From Callorhinchus milii (taxonomy: Eukaryota), in the NCBI RefSeq assembly GCF_018977255.1, contig NW_024704742.1, positions 35,218,001 through 35,282,000 on the forward strand: a stretch of DNA of 64,000 bases, written 5' to 3'. The notes under the pieces are model-generated. The model did no database searches, was not told where the DNA came from, and was given only the letters and a program-made list of their open reading frames with translations. This document shows positions 1-12,262 of the stretch, one piece after another; the first letter of the stretch is position 1, and every line of letters starts with the position of its first letter. The position numbers were made by a program, and so were the translations under genes.

Positions 1-362
1 GCCGGGAGGGCGTTGCAAGGCGCTGGGATGCAGTCACTACACTGGACAGCTATTAACTGTTTGCTCTTAGATTAGCTCTTTTTGAGACTTTTTTTCAACA
101 TCATAGGCAATAAAACAAATACAAGGGTTATTTTTTATTTGGATGGCAACTTTACCAAACAGTAGAATTCCAATACCTAGGTGTCATGTCTATAGTATAT
201 CCTGTACGGTGTTGAATATACTCCAATAATTAGGTGCAATTTTTTTTTGAGATAATCACGTTATACATAGATTTTTTTCTGTTCATTATAATTGAAACAT
301 TCAAGAATATGCAAGTTTTATGTTCCTAAGAGAAACCAGAAATTCTTGAATTTATGACCCAC

Positions 363-547
363 CTTTTTAAGCACAGTTTGGAAGGTAGGTATGCCCTATA
401 TCCATCTGTAATGTAAGGGTTATCCTTGAGGAAGCATGGGATTTGTTCGTACGTGTACAGGCGGATGCCTCTAGGTATAAGAACAGGCCAATATTGGTAG
501 TTTCCCAGTTCAATGTAGTGGGCACTTTTAAGTAACTTCTGAGGCAT
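363..547 (-). CDS. PAQR3: PAQR3 (progestin and adipoQ receptor family member 3), first coding exon (185 nt, phase-2 donor); gene continues beyond the left edge
   Basis: Translation MPQKLLKSAHYIELGNYQYWPVLIPRGIRLYTYEQIPCFLKDNPYITDGYRAYLPSKLCLK closely matches the vertebrate PAQR3 N-terminus as I recall it (MHQKLLKSAHYIELGSYQYWPVLVPRGIRLYTYEQIP..LKDNPYITDGYRAYLPSRLCIKS). ATG at 547-545; splice donor AAAAG|GTGGGT at 362-361, splitting the expected Ser codon. The ORF-track extension upstream (MKPYF...) and downstream (RWVIN...) is intronic. Confidence 0.95.
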
Positions 548-551
548 GATG

Positions 552-585
552 CTGTAATTATAAAAGAAAATATAAAATAGATTAT
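552..585 (-). promoter_or_regulatory. Candidate splice acceptor immediately upstream of the PAQR3 start codon (5'-UTR intron)
   Basis: Minus strand reads ctattttatattttcttttataattacag|CATCATG: T-rich tract plus CAG ending 4 nt before the ATG, in AT-rich context with no local CpG island. Confidence 0.65.
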
Positions 586-980
586 ATTTACCAATTATTA
601 CTGTGATCAGTTCCATAAAATATGGTTTCATTAAAAATTAAACTGCTGGTCAGAGTATCAGTTATACAAGCTACTGAGTTCTAATTCAATAAATGAAGAT
701 TTCAAGCCATGTTAATAATATAACTAATCGGATAATTTGATTTATCCTCCAATAAAAAAAATTCAACAATAATATAACCGTAAATCATCAGGCAGCCATA
801 AATCTCGAACAGCATTATAAGTTACAACCATTCCAGCACCAGATGATATCATTACCGTCATAAATTCCCAGCATCAGGTAATATTATGAGTGGTAACTCC
901 CCGATTCCACATAACATGATTTATTCCAACTCCCCAACACCAGGTAACATGATTGTTTATAACCCACCAACCTGGGTCGC

Positions 981-1267
981 ATAATAATAATAACAATAAT
1001 AATAATAATCCTTGCATTTTTAATAGAGCACATATCAGGCTGTTGTGCGCTTCACAGAATATACTGTAAAGTGAATTCACTGAACTGTACATCTTGTGGG
1101 CGAAACACAGCCGCCAACGGCGCACGGCAGCGTCCCACAAACAGTCGGGGAACTGAAGCGGCCAAATTATTATTATTATTATTATTTTTGAAGGGATTAT
1201 TATCCTGGGAAAAGCCACGCGCTACTCACAGCCATAGGTAACCAGGTGTGTGGAGTGAGGAAACCTC
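981..1267 (-). mobile_element. tRNA-derived SINE, 5'-truncated (CORE-like/Deu-3'/L2-tail family), followed by an opposite-strand L2 tail at ~1268-1308
   Basis: (AAT)n-ccttgcatt tail, gtgggcgaaacacagccgccaa and ggtgtgtggagtgaggaaac match other copies; gtgaaaggcgctatacaaatgtaatttgttgttgttg follows on the + strand. Confidence 0.8.
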
Positions 1268-1429
1268 GGGTGAAAGGCGCTATACAAATGTAATTTGTTG
1301 TTGTTGTTTGGTCCCTCCAACTAACATCATCAGTTATAGTAATGATAATAACAACGACAACTCACCAACAAATGTGTTATTACACATTGTCTCAAACCCC
1401 CCAATAACATCAGGAACACTCTTACCCTG

Positions 1430-3345
1430 AACACCCCCCACACACACACACACCCACACACCCCCCGGCCCCACTCCCCCCCCCCCCCCCCCCCCCACAC
1501 CCTCCCCCCCCACACCGCCCCACACCCCCCAGTCCCGGCCCCACACCCCCAGTCCCCAGTCCCACACCCCCAGTCCCCAATCCTGGGCCCCACACCCCCA
1601 GTCCCCACAGCCCCACACCCCCAATCCCCACAGCCCCACACCCCCAGTCCCCACAGCCCCAGTCCCCACACCCCCAGTCCCCACAGCCCCAGTCCCCACA
1701 CCCCCAGTCCCGGCCCCACACCCCCAGTCCCCACACCCCCAGTCCCCACACCCCCAGTCCCGGCCCCACACCCCAGTCCCCACACCCCCAGTCCCCACAC
1801 CCCCAATCCCCACAGCCCCACACCCCCAGTCCCGGGCCCCACACCCCCAGTCCCGGCCCACACCCCCAGTCCCCAGCCCACACCCCCAGTCCCCACCTGG
1901 CCCCACACCCCCAGTCCCCACAGCCCCACACCCCAATCCCCACAGCCCCACACCCCCAGTCCCCACACCCCCAGTCCCCACAGCCCGGGCCCCACACCCC
2001 CAGTCCCGGGCCCCACACCCCCAGTCCCCAGTCCCACACCCCCAGTCCCCAATCCTGGGCCCCACACCCCAGTCCCCACAGCCCCACACCCCCAATCCCC
2101 ACAGCCCCACACCCCCAGTCCCCACAGCCCCAGTCCCCACAGCCCCACACCCCAATCCCCACAGCCCCACACCCCCAGTCCCCACAGCCCCAGTCCCCAC
2201 ACCCCCAGTCCCGGGCCCCACACCCCCAGTCCCCACACCCCCAGTCCCCACACCCCCCAGTCCCGGGCCCCACACCCCCAGTCCCCACACCCCCAGTCCC
2301 CACACCCCCAATCCCCACAGCCCCACACCCCCAGTCCCGGGCCCCACACCCCCAGTCCCGGGCCCCACACCCCCAGTCCCCAGTCCCACACCCCCAGTCC
2401 CCAATCCTGGGCCCCACACCCCCAGTCCCCACAGGCCCCACACCCCCAATCCCCACAGCCCCACACCCCCAGTCCCCACACCCCCAGTCCCCACAGCCCG
2501 GGCCCCACACCCCCAGTCCCGGCCCCACACCCCCAGTCCCCACAGCCCCAGTCCCCAGTCCTGGGCCCCACACCCCCAGTCCCCACAGCCCCAATCCCCA
2601 CAGCCCCACACTCCCGGGCCCCACACCCCCAGTCCCCACACCCCCAGTCCCCACAGCCCCACACCCCCAATCCCCAGGGCCCCACACCCCCAGTCCCACA
2701 CCCCCAGTCCCCACACCCCCAATCCCCACAGCCCCACACCCCCAGTCCCGGGCCCCACACCCCCAGTCCCCAATCCTGGGCCCCACACCCCCAGTCCCCA
2801 CAGCCCCACAGCCCCAGTCCCCACAGCCCCACACCCCCACACCCCCAGTCCCCACAGCCCGGGCCCCCAGTCCCGGGCCCCACACCCCAGTCCCCACACC
2901 CCCAGTCCCCACAGCCCGGGCCCCACACCCCCAGTCCCGGGCCCCACACCCCCAGTCCCCACACCCCCAGTCCCCACACCCCCAATCCCCACAGCCCCAC
3001 AGCCCCAATCCCCACAGCCCCACACCCCCAGTCCCCAATCCTGGGCCCCACACCCCCAGTCCCACAGCCCCACAGCCCCAGTCCCCACAGCCCCACACCC
3101 CCACACCCCCAGTCCCCACAGCCCGGGCCCCACACCCCCAGTCCCCACAGCCCGGGCCCCACACCCCCAGTCCCGGGCCCCACACCCCCAGTCCCCACAG
3201 CCCCAGTCCCCAGTCCTGGGCCCCACACCCCCAGTCCCCACAGCCCCAATCCCCACAGCCCCACACTCCCGGGCCCCACACCCCCAGTCCCGGGCCCCAC
3301 ACCCCCAGTCCCCAGTCCCGGGCCCCACAGCCCCACACTCCCGGC
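1430..3345. repeat. C-rich (G-rich on minus) mosaic satellite, core unit ~15 bp ccccacacccccagt with cccggg / ccccacag / ccccaat variants
   Basis: Directly visible tandem repeats; gives low-complexity Gly/Trp/Cys ORFs in all three minus-strand frames. Confidence 0.95.
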
Positions 3346-3450
3346 AACACCCCCCCAGTCCTGGGCCTCTCTCCCGGACACTCGCGGGAATCTTCACCTT
3401 CACCAAATGCGACGCGTCAAAATCATCCACTGTCACCGGAGAAACAGAGC

Positions 3451-4210
3451 CCACAATCACCCACTCACCCACTCACCACCACACACACACTCACCCCCAC
3501 TCACCCCCACAGCCCCACACACACACTCACCCCCACACACCACTCACCCACTCACCCCCACAGCCCCACTCACCCCCACACACCCCCTCCCCCTCACCCC
3601 CACACACACACTCACCCCCACAGCCCCACACACCCCACAGCCCCACACACCCCCACAGCCCCACACCCCCCCCCTCCCCCTCACCCCCACAATCACCCAC
3701 TCACCCCCACACACCACCCCCCCCTCCCCCCCACACCCCCCCTCACCCTCACCCCCACACACCCCCACAGCCCCACTCACCCCCACAGCCCCACACACCC
3801 CCCTCCCCCACAGCCCCCCCTCCCCTCACCCCCACAGCCTCACAGCCCCACTCACCCCCACAGCCCCCCTCACCCCCCCCTCACCCCCACAGCCCCACTC
3901 ACCCCCACACACACCCCCCTCACCCCTCACAGCCCCACACCCCCCCCCCTCCCCGTCACCCCCTCACCCCCCCCCTCCCCGTCACTCCCTCACCCCCCTC
4001 CCCGTCACCACCTCACCCCCCACCCCCGTCACCCCCTCACCCCCCCTCCCCGTCACCTCCTCCACATTCACCCCCCCCACCCCCCCCCCTCCCCGTCACC
4101 CCCCACCCGCCCCTCCCCACCCTCACCCCCTCCCACACACAGCCCCTCACTCCCCCCACACAGCGCCCCCCCCCCCCCCCCCATCACCCCCTCCCACAGC
4201 ACCACACCTT
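3451..4210. repeat. C-rich low-complexity repeat (ctcacccccacagcccca / ccccgtcacc units)
   Basis: Directly visible degenerate repeats; Pro/Thr/His-rich spurious ORF. Confidence 0.9.
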
Positions 4211-5460
4211 CCCAGGGTCACCCACTGCCCAGTGTCACCCACTGTCCAGAGTCGCCCACTGCCCGGGGTCACCCACTGCCCAAAGTCACTTACTGCCCAG
4301 GGTCACCCGCTGCCCAGAGCCACCGCTGCCCAGAGTCACCCACTGCCCAGTGTCACCCACTGCCCAGTGTCACCCACTGTCCAGAGTCACCCACTGCCCG
4401 GGGTCACCCACTGCCCAAAGTCACTTACTGCCCAGGGTCACCCGCTGCCCAGAGCCACCGCTGCCAAGAGTCACCCACTGCCCAGTGTCACCCACTGCCC
4501 AGAGTCGCCCAATGACCAGAGTCAATCACTGAGCAGGGATCATCCACTGACCAGGGACACCCACTGACCAGGGACACCCACTGACCAGAGCCCAGAGTCA
4601 CCCATTGCCCAGAGTTATCCACTGCCCAGGGTCACCCACTGCCCAGGGTCACCCACTGACCAGAGCCCAGAGTCACCCATTGCCCAGAGTTATCCACTGC
4701 CCAAAGTCACCCATTGCCCAGAGTCAAACACTGCCTAGTGTCACCCACTGCCCAGGGTCACCCACTTACCAGGATCACCATTGACCAGAGTCACCCACTG
4801 ATCAAAGCCACTGACTGACCAGAGCCACCCACTCACCATGGTCACCCAATGACCAGAGTCAACCACTGAGCAGGGTTACCCACTGCCCAGAGTTACCCAT
4901 TGCCCAGGGTCACCCTCTGCCCAGAGTCACCCACTGCCCAGAGCTAACCACTGCACAGAGTCACCCACTGCCCAAAGTCACCCACTGCCCAGAGTCAACC
5001 ACTGCCCAGTGTCACCCACTGCCCAGGGTCACCCACTGCTCAGTCACCCGCTGCCAGGGTTACCCACTGACCAGCGTCACCCACTGCCCAGGGTCACCCA
5101 CTGACCAGGATCACCCACTGACTAGAATCAAGGGGCACCCACTGACCAGGGTCACCCATTGACCAGAGTGACCCAATGACCAGGGTCAGCCACTGACCAG
5201 GGTCACCCACTGACCAGGGTAATACACTGACCAAGGACACCCACTGACCAGAGCCCAGAGTCACCCACTAAACAGAGTCACTCACTGACAAGCATCACCC
5301 ACTGACCAGGGTCAAGAACTGACCAGAGGCCAGTGTCACCCATTGACCAGTCACCCACTGCCCAGAGTCACCCACTGACCAGAGTCACACACTGCCCAGA
5401 GGCATCCACTGACCAGGGTCACCCACTGACCAGAGTTACCCACTGACCAGGGTCACGCTC
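4211..5460. repeat. 17-bp minisatellite (gtcacccactgcccaga / gtcacccactgaccagg) with a ~135-bp higher-order duplication near 4215-4500
   Basis: Unit read directly; the 45-aa repeat VTHCPVSPTVQS...HPLPS in ORF 3407..4567 reflects an 8-monomer duplication. Confidence 0.93.
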
Positions 5461-5658
5461 TTGCCCCTGGGTCAGAAAGTCCCAGTGTGGGTTTGAGACC
5501 CTCAGTGAGCCTTTGAACTAATACTAGGCTAAGATGGCTCCAGGTTCGGCCTTCAATACTTTGATGCTCATACCTAAACACCTTATTCAGTGTGTTCATT
5601 AGTGATGTATTGGATGTCATCAGGAGGGATGGATCTGATGTATCTGTTCAGACATTCC

Positions 5659-6087
5659 TATAATAATCCTTGCATTTGATACAGCAGCATATCATGTCGA
5701 GACATATCAAAGTGTTTCACAGGATGTACTGTGAAATGGTTTGACAGTGTATTTTGTGGGCGAAACACGGTGGCTAGTTTGCACACAACAATATCCCACA
5801 AACAGCCACGGAGTGATTGACCAATTTTATTCGGGGCATTGTTGGTCAGAACACCAGAGATACTCCCTTCTCTTTTCGAATGTGGGATCTTTACCATCCG
5901 CCTGAACAGGCACACAGGACCTGGGTTTAACTTCTAATCTGAAGGACGGCACCTCCGACAATGAAACACACTCCCATCGCTGCATTGGAGTGTCAACTTA
6001 GGCTATGTAATTCCAAGTCCTGACATGGGGCTTGAACCCACAATCTTCTGCTTCTGAGACAAGAGTGCTACCTCTGAGCCGAGCTGA
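5659..6087 (-). mobile_element. Deu-domain tRNA-derived SINE (SacSINE1/AmnSINE-like), near full length
   Basis: Reverse complement has a tRNA-like head (gctcggctcagaggtagcactcttgtctcagaagcagaag..ggttcaagcc), the Deu-like core (gtcggaggtgccgtccttcagat..aaagatccc) and an aaatgcaaggattatta tail. Confidence 0.85.
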
Positions 6088-6514
6088 ATTGCAGCACGTC
6101 TGTTTGCAGATGATGTTGTACTTTTGGCGGAATCTGGGTCCTGCATTCGTTACCTTGACCACTGGGCCACTCGGTGGTGAGTGTCCCCAAGTGCACTATT
6201 ATTGTTATACTTTATTTTAGCTCACAAAATACACAATCCAATTCACAATATAGTCTGTGAAGCGCTTTGAAAAGTTTCAACGACGTGATGAGGCACTACC
6301 AAATGCAAGGATTATTATTATTATTGCTTGGCATGGAAAAGCCAGCTTGGTTTCTTGGCAGTACTTAGAGACGGACTGGGACAGGGATTCTTTTCACTTG
6401 GCTCCTATTAGACAAAGCTTTCAGGTAGGCTGCCAGCAGTCTAATTTAAGAAAGAAAAGAGTCTCCTACAGTTATTTTTCTAATGGCAAAATCTATCAGG
6501 ACATTATGCCACTG

Positions 6515-6838
6515 ATAATAATAATAATAATCCTTGCATTTGATATAGCGCTTTTCACGTCGGGAGGACGTCCCAAAGCGCTTCACAGAACACACTGTAA
6601 AGTGAATTGACTGTATATTTGTGGGCGAACGCGGCAGCCAATTGCGCACAGCAATGTCCCACAAACAGTCGTAGATTGAAAATGACCAATTTAATTATTG
6701 TTTTTGGTTTTGGAGGGATTATTATTAGGCTCTGTGTGGAGTAAGGAAACTTGCCCAAGGTTTCGCCCTCTGCCTGGAATTGAACTCAGGTCTCTCACTT
6801 GCAAAGCGAGTGCTCTAGCCACTGAGCTACAGGACTCC
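6515..6838 (-). mobile_element. Young tRNA(Ala-like)-headed SINE, full length, with TSD actgata
   Basis: Starts GGAGTCCTGTAGCTCAGTGG (A box), has GAGTTCAATTCC (B box) and an (ATT)n tail; actgata present on both flanks. Confidence 0.93.
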
Positions 6839-8119
6839 ACTGATATGAAGGAAATGACCATTTCAGTTCCTTTATGAAAATTATATAAATCAGTAGAGAA
6901 TATTGACTACAAGAATACAGTTTTTTAAAAAAACTGTTAAGTGGTGATTTAGAAATAACTCTGTTAAAATCTCTTGGGTAAATATTAGAAGTTAAAGAAT
7001 TACACCAAGCAGAGGATGGAATAGAAAGGAAAACTTCAGGTGTGTACAATTCCACAAAATATTCACAGCTGAGATTGATCCTCTGGTGATGACTAATTAT
7101 TCTAATTAAATGTTCAATAATTCTTCCTTTTCAGATTCATTAAGAACGACTCTTATGTCAATTTTTACTGAAGAAAGGGAAGGAACATTTCAGTAGTTAG
7201 CAGACAATATCATTTGTGAAAGTAGACTGCCAACTTTCAATTCACGAAAACTATCAGCAAATTGCTTGAAGGAAATTATTCCAAGGATTATTAGACAAGT
7301 GGGGTTTGTTAACAGCGTATGATTAATTATCATGTATCAGATTAATTACAGCACCAGATTAATTTCGGAAGCTCGTGTATTTAACACTTTCATCATTCAG
7401 AATTGACACTGTCACTGGATTCAGTCTTTTAATTAAAAATGGAAACTCAGCAATGTCTAATCCTTTTTCAGTTTGCACTGGAAGTTTTATGCTTTGTTAC
7501 AGATCTAACGTCCATGTTTTTATATTTGAAGAAAGAAAATGCTTTTTTTTTAGCTCTTTATCATATCAGAATATCTCAAAACACTTCACAGGTAATTACT
7601 GTCAAGGACAGTGACTGTTTTGCAGGCAAGGTCCAGTGTACAGCTGTGAGGAGAATGGCCAGTTTATTTGGAGGCTTGCTGGCCAGGGCAGCAGGAGAAA
7701 CTCCCTTCTCATTTCAAATGGGATCTTTATTTCCAACCTGAAGAACTTGCAGCTGGGATTTCAGTTTAACATCTCTTACAAAGGACAGTGCCTCTGACAA
7801 TGTAGGGCTCCTTAGTCTTGTATGTGAGCTCAAGCCTTGATGTTTTTATTTTGCCTTTTCCTCTTTTTTCATTCTTAATGGTGCCCTGCAAATGAGCCAC
7901 AGACCTTCACTGTGGTTTCTCAACAAGCACAATACAAATCTTCATTTTAAAGGACATGACTAGAATATAATATCAGTGATAACAGAATTGAAATGGGCTC
8001 CTCAACACCAAAAAAGCTCAGGTTACAAATCGGGACTGTTGTAGAGACGTAACGTTCATTGAAAGTTTCCAGTCAATGGAAAACTAGGATGGTTATTGAG
8101 GAGGGTGTTTTATTTTAAT

Positions 8120-8400
8120 TATAATAATAATCCTTGCGTTTAATATAGCGCCTTATCATGTCTTCGAGACTTCTCAAAGCACTTCACAGAATATACCGTA
8201 AAGTGAATTGACTGTATATTTTGTAGGCAAAACATGGCAGCTACATGTGCACAGCAGTACCTCACAAACAGTCATGGATTCAGTCACCAATTTTTTTTAA
8301 GGGATTATTACCCCTGGAAAAGCGATTCGCCAACCAACTAACAACCGGTTGGGTTCCTATGTACTGCTAGGTAATCAGAGGCGTGCGGAGTAAGCAAAGT
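8120..8400 (-). mobile_element. SINE, long (full CORE-like) variant, 5'-truncated
   Basis: Tail plus ggttcctatgtactgctaggtaatcagaggcgtgcggagtaag segment shared with copies at 36199, 51445 and 60497. Confidence 0.8.
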
Positions 8401-8584
8401 TGTCCAACGTTTTGTCCTAATTTTCTGAAAGTTTTTTTTAATCTCATCAAGTATTCTCTGGATGTGTTGAAGGAGGACCCCCAACATCATTCTAAATGGT
8501 GATGTCCACGAAGGTGGCTCCAGTTCATGGATCACTCCATTTGACTCCTGGTTAGTGGGAAACCAGCTATTCTTCAGATTTTTC

Positions 8585-8995
8585 AATGACCTTGTTGGAG
8601 AAGGCTTCAGAGAAAAGCGACAAGGATAATTCAGACTTTCAAGTCTCTAAGGTATAAATAGGTACTCAGTAACATGAGTTTGACATCTGATCTTAAAATT
8701 CTTAAGAGATTTAAATGAGATAAGCAAACTTATTTAAGATAGCTAAATATAAGATAGCGACTAGAATTGAGTTTAGGAGCAATGTATTTACCCAGACAGT
8801 GGTGAGAATGTGGAATCCACTACGTTATCTGTGGTTGAAACAAAATCATCAATGTGTTTAAGAGGAAACTTGATGCATACATGAGGGAGAAGGATAGGAG
8901 AGGGGATAGGAGAGGTGAAGGCTCGTGTGAAGTATGAACACCTTGATGGATTAATGTGGCTAAATAGCTGTTTCAGTGCTGTATCATTCAATATA
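8585..8995 (+). mobile_element. CR1 LINE 3' fragment (decayed ORF2 C-terminus and 3' UTR)
   Basis: Translates to LLEKxQRKATRII..LRYK*VLSNMSL (CR1 LEKVQRRATRMI..LSYEERL) and FTQTVVRMWNPL (FTQRVVNxWNxLP); CR1-type 3' UTR. Confidence 0.75.
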
Positions 8996-11900
8996 ATTCA
9001 TTAACATTGATTGTAAGCATTTACGTTGGCGCTCTGAGACACCGTTCAGGGTGGAGGGCGCTATATAAATCCAAGTTGTTGTTGTTGTTGAAGTATTTAA
9101 CTCGACAATACAGATTCAAAATTAATAAGGATCAAAAGAGCCTAGAGATTATAAGATGTGTGTAATAGATACCCAGGAAAACATTTAACACTGTGCCAAT
9201 TAACTCCTTCCGAAAGCAGCTGGTTACATTTCTGGTTGAAAATGGACCTGAAGGTTACAGAGATAAATATAGACAGATAATCACTAGTGTAATGGACATG
9301 ATCATTTTTATGCTGATGAGACCATGTCACCTGTTGAAAGCAACTAATCATAGTTGAACTGTGGAGATGTGAGAGTGGACAGATATTCTGGAGTTTCTGG
9401 AGAAATTATGCAGAATGCTCTTTCAAGGGGTTAAAAGTAGAGTCCAAGATATAGTAGTTTATCGATGCTTTTAAGGAAGAACAGGCTTTATGGACTGAAT
9501 AACCTTTTCTTCTAATAATAGTAATATGACATCTATCACATCCATTGACTTAAACCACTTCACACAATGGTTTGCTTTCGAATGCAGTTTACAAATAAAA
9601 TAACTCATCTTTTTCAGCAATCTTCCACAAACAGCAATATGCTGGATAACCAACAAAATTAGAAATTGTTCAAATGAAATTAGAAACAATATTATACGCT
9701 GAATTTGGATGTGGGAAGAATATTGGCTAGAATCCTCTTTAATTAAAACCTGATTTGGAGAACTGACATGTAGTTGAGGGTAATAACAAGTAAATTAGGA
9801 TTATTTGGAGGCAATCTATTTGAATTAATGCATCTTTATGTGTTTTAAATCTGAAGTGGAATCATGAAATAAATGTGTAACACAGTCCTGTTAGCTTGAA
9901 AGTCGTTCACTAAATCTTAACATCACAACTGCAATTCTGAAATTGTTTTTGAGCATCGGAAAAAGGCATATTGCACAAAAAACAGTATTAATAATAATAA
10001 TCCTTGCATTTGATATTTTATTAACTGACATTGACACATCTAACACAGTCAGCGGTTTGATTTGCTAATATGGCTGATAAAATTACCAAAATCACTGGAT
10101 TTTTTTCTCTGTTTGGTCATACACAACACAATAATTCAGGTATCAACTCCTGATGTACTTCTGTGCGCTCAAATTACATGGAAACATTATGCTGATGTCA
10201 TCCTGAAGGTGTCACTGTTCCGCTGCACACACCACTTTTGTGCAGGTGCTTTTCCTTTCGAATGGCAAGAACATAGAGAAAAGATCAAGACAGAACCTGG
10301 TGTGCATTGACTCATTTTATTTAACAATACTCTAAAACACCAATTTTACAGTACGGTAAACCACACATGTATCTATTTGGACAAAAGAAGACAGGTTGTG
10401 AAAATGTGCAGTGTAACGGTTAGTTTCAGTTGGCTACAAACTGGTTCTAATGACTGTAGTATGCCTCCATAGAGAGTAGTTCTTTGGTTTAGCTTGTGTC
10501 TATTTGAATTCTGAATATAACATTTTAAAAGATTAAAATAGCATGGAACTCGCCCGTTGTGTCACATTCTGTGCTATTTTATTCGTAGGCCTCTTGCAAA
10601 TGTCAAAAAAATGGAATATTGTCTCTGATATAGCCACTTGCACTGAACATACTTTCCACGTGTCTATGCTGAATGTGAGCAGTTTTCATATTACGTTCAA
10701 ATGATTGCCAAGCATAATCTGACAGGCTTCAGCACAAGTACTTATGTTTCCTCTTTTCTTTTTCCCTTTTATGCATGTTGGCTGTGCACAGCAGCACACA
10801 CATCAAGAGTAGAGTGCAAACGAAATTAGAAGTAATGTCAAGCTTCAGATTTTCCCTTACCTTCTACCTGACGGACTGGAAGACACACTGGTTAACCACC
10901 TACTCTTTGCTTTGCCACTTTCTCAGCACTGCTTCGTTGATTCCCTGGCCATATGTGCAAACCAGTATCACTCATTTATTTTCAATCTTCACTATCTAGA
11001 TAGAGCCTGCTGTGTCTCAATATTAGTGTCTCAGTACATACCATAACAAATTCTAATATGGTCTTCAGAATAAAAGGTTGCAATTCTAAAAGATATGAAT
11101 TCTTCTCCTTCCATTTCTTTCGATGTAAAGAGAACAAAAGATGACGGATCTGCTAGCAGTACATTCCAGAGATTATTTCATGAAGGTCAAACACTGATAG
11201 TTCACGAATGAGTTTATCACTCATGAGTTAAGTGCAGTTGATTCTTCATATGAGTAAAATAACCTTACTGTGATATCTGAACGACATTGTCATGGCTGTT
11301 ATTTCACCATTAAAACCAAGTCACCTTTAATTTATTTCTCAACCTGTAGAAAGCTATTTCATTCCTAGATCTCTTGCAAATGTCAGAAAATGTGATGTCC
11401 CCTTTATTATAGCTATTTGCTACAGGCTGTTGACATGGTGTCTATATTTAGATGATATTGCGTACCATATATTATTTGACATCAGTAGTAAATTATCATT
11501 TTAATTTTCCCTGCAGTAAATTAACATGCTGTCTTTCGGTGAAGATGGAACAAAATGAATAGTTATTTCAAAAATGATCGCTGCCTATCTGAATAAATTC
11601 TGGGTTGTGTGAATCTTCTCCATCAGTTGTCTGTATATTTTTGGTGTGTGTGAAAAATTTGGGTTTGATTCTGTTAACTGAGTTGTGAAACTAAATCATT
11701 TGATTCATTAACCACAAAGTTGCAGCTTGTACACCTGTAGAAATGCTAATGCTATTTTGTTACAAATATAACACAAACAAGTGGGAAAGGGTCATCTTTC
11801 TAAAGGCATGATGCACTTAATTTAGTAACGGTATTGAACAATAGAACGTTTTTCATGGTGCACCAATTGTCTGTGTTGGATAGCTCTGGCAAAGCTCTTT

Positions 11901-12262
11901 TGCAAATCAGCAGTAATACTGAGATTGCTGCAAGACAAAACCCTGAAGTGGCTGTTCCTGCAATTACCTCCAGACTTTCCAAAAATCTAATAGAGTATAG
12001 TTTGTAAATCTCATTCGTCCTGAAAGACTGGATTTAAAAAAAATATAGCATTCAATAATAACTTTTAAAATATTCTTAATGCATTATCTGAAAAATGGCA
12101 TGGCTTGTAATTGCAAAGTTTTTAAAATGTTCATGGATGCAACATTATGATTGCAGAACAATGCTTACTGCATATGGAGTGTGAGTGTTAATTCAGGTTG
12201 GATGTTTGTTATAAACATAAACTCCATTAGATACCTCCTTGTAATGTTGGATATTGATTTGT

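Noticed and set aside
548..631. N-terminal extension of PAQR3 from the ORF track (MKPYFMEL..)
   Set aside because: It is AT-rich intron-like sequence ending in a splice acceptor; homology starts at MPQKLL.
1330..3472. Long 640-710 aa Gly/Trp/Cys-rich ORFs
   Set aside because: They are open in all three minus frames because the G-rich satellite lacks stop codons; there is no evidence of a real protein.
3407..4567. 386-aa Pro/Thr/His-rich extensin- or mucin-like ORF
   Set aside because: It is a translation of tandem repeats whose 17-bp unit does not preserve frame.
1430..5460. CRISPR-like array or immunoglobulin switch region
   Set aside because: There are no unique spacers or cas genes and the context is vertebrate; the array is G-rich but lacks AGCT motifs and any Ig exons.
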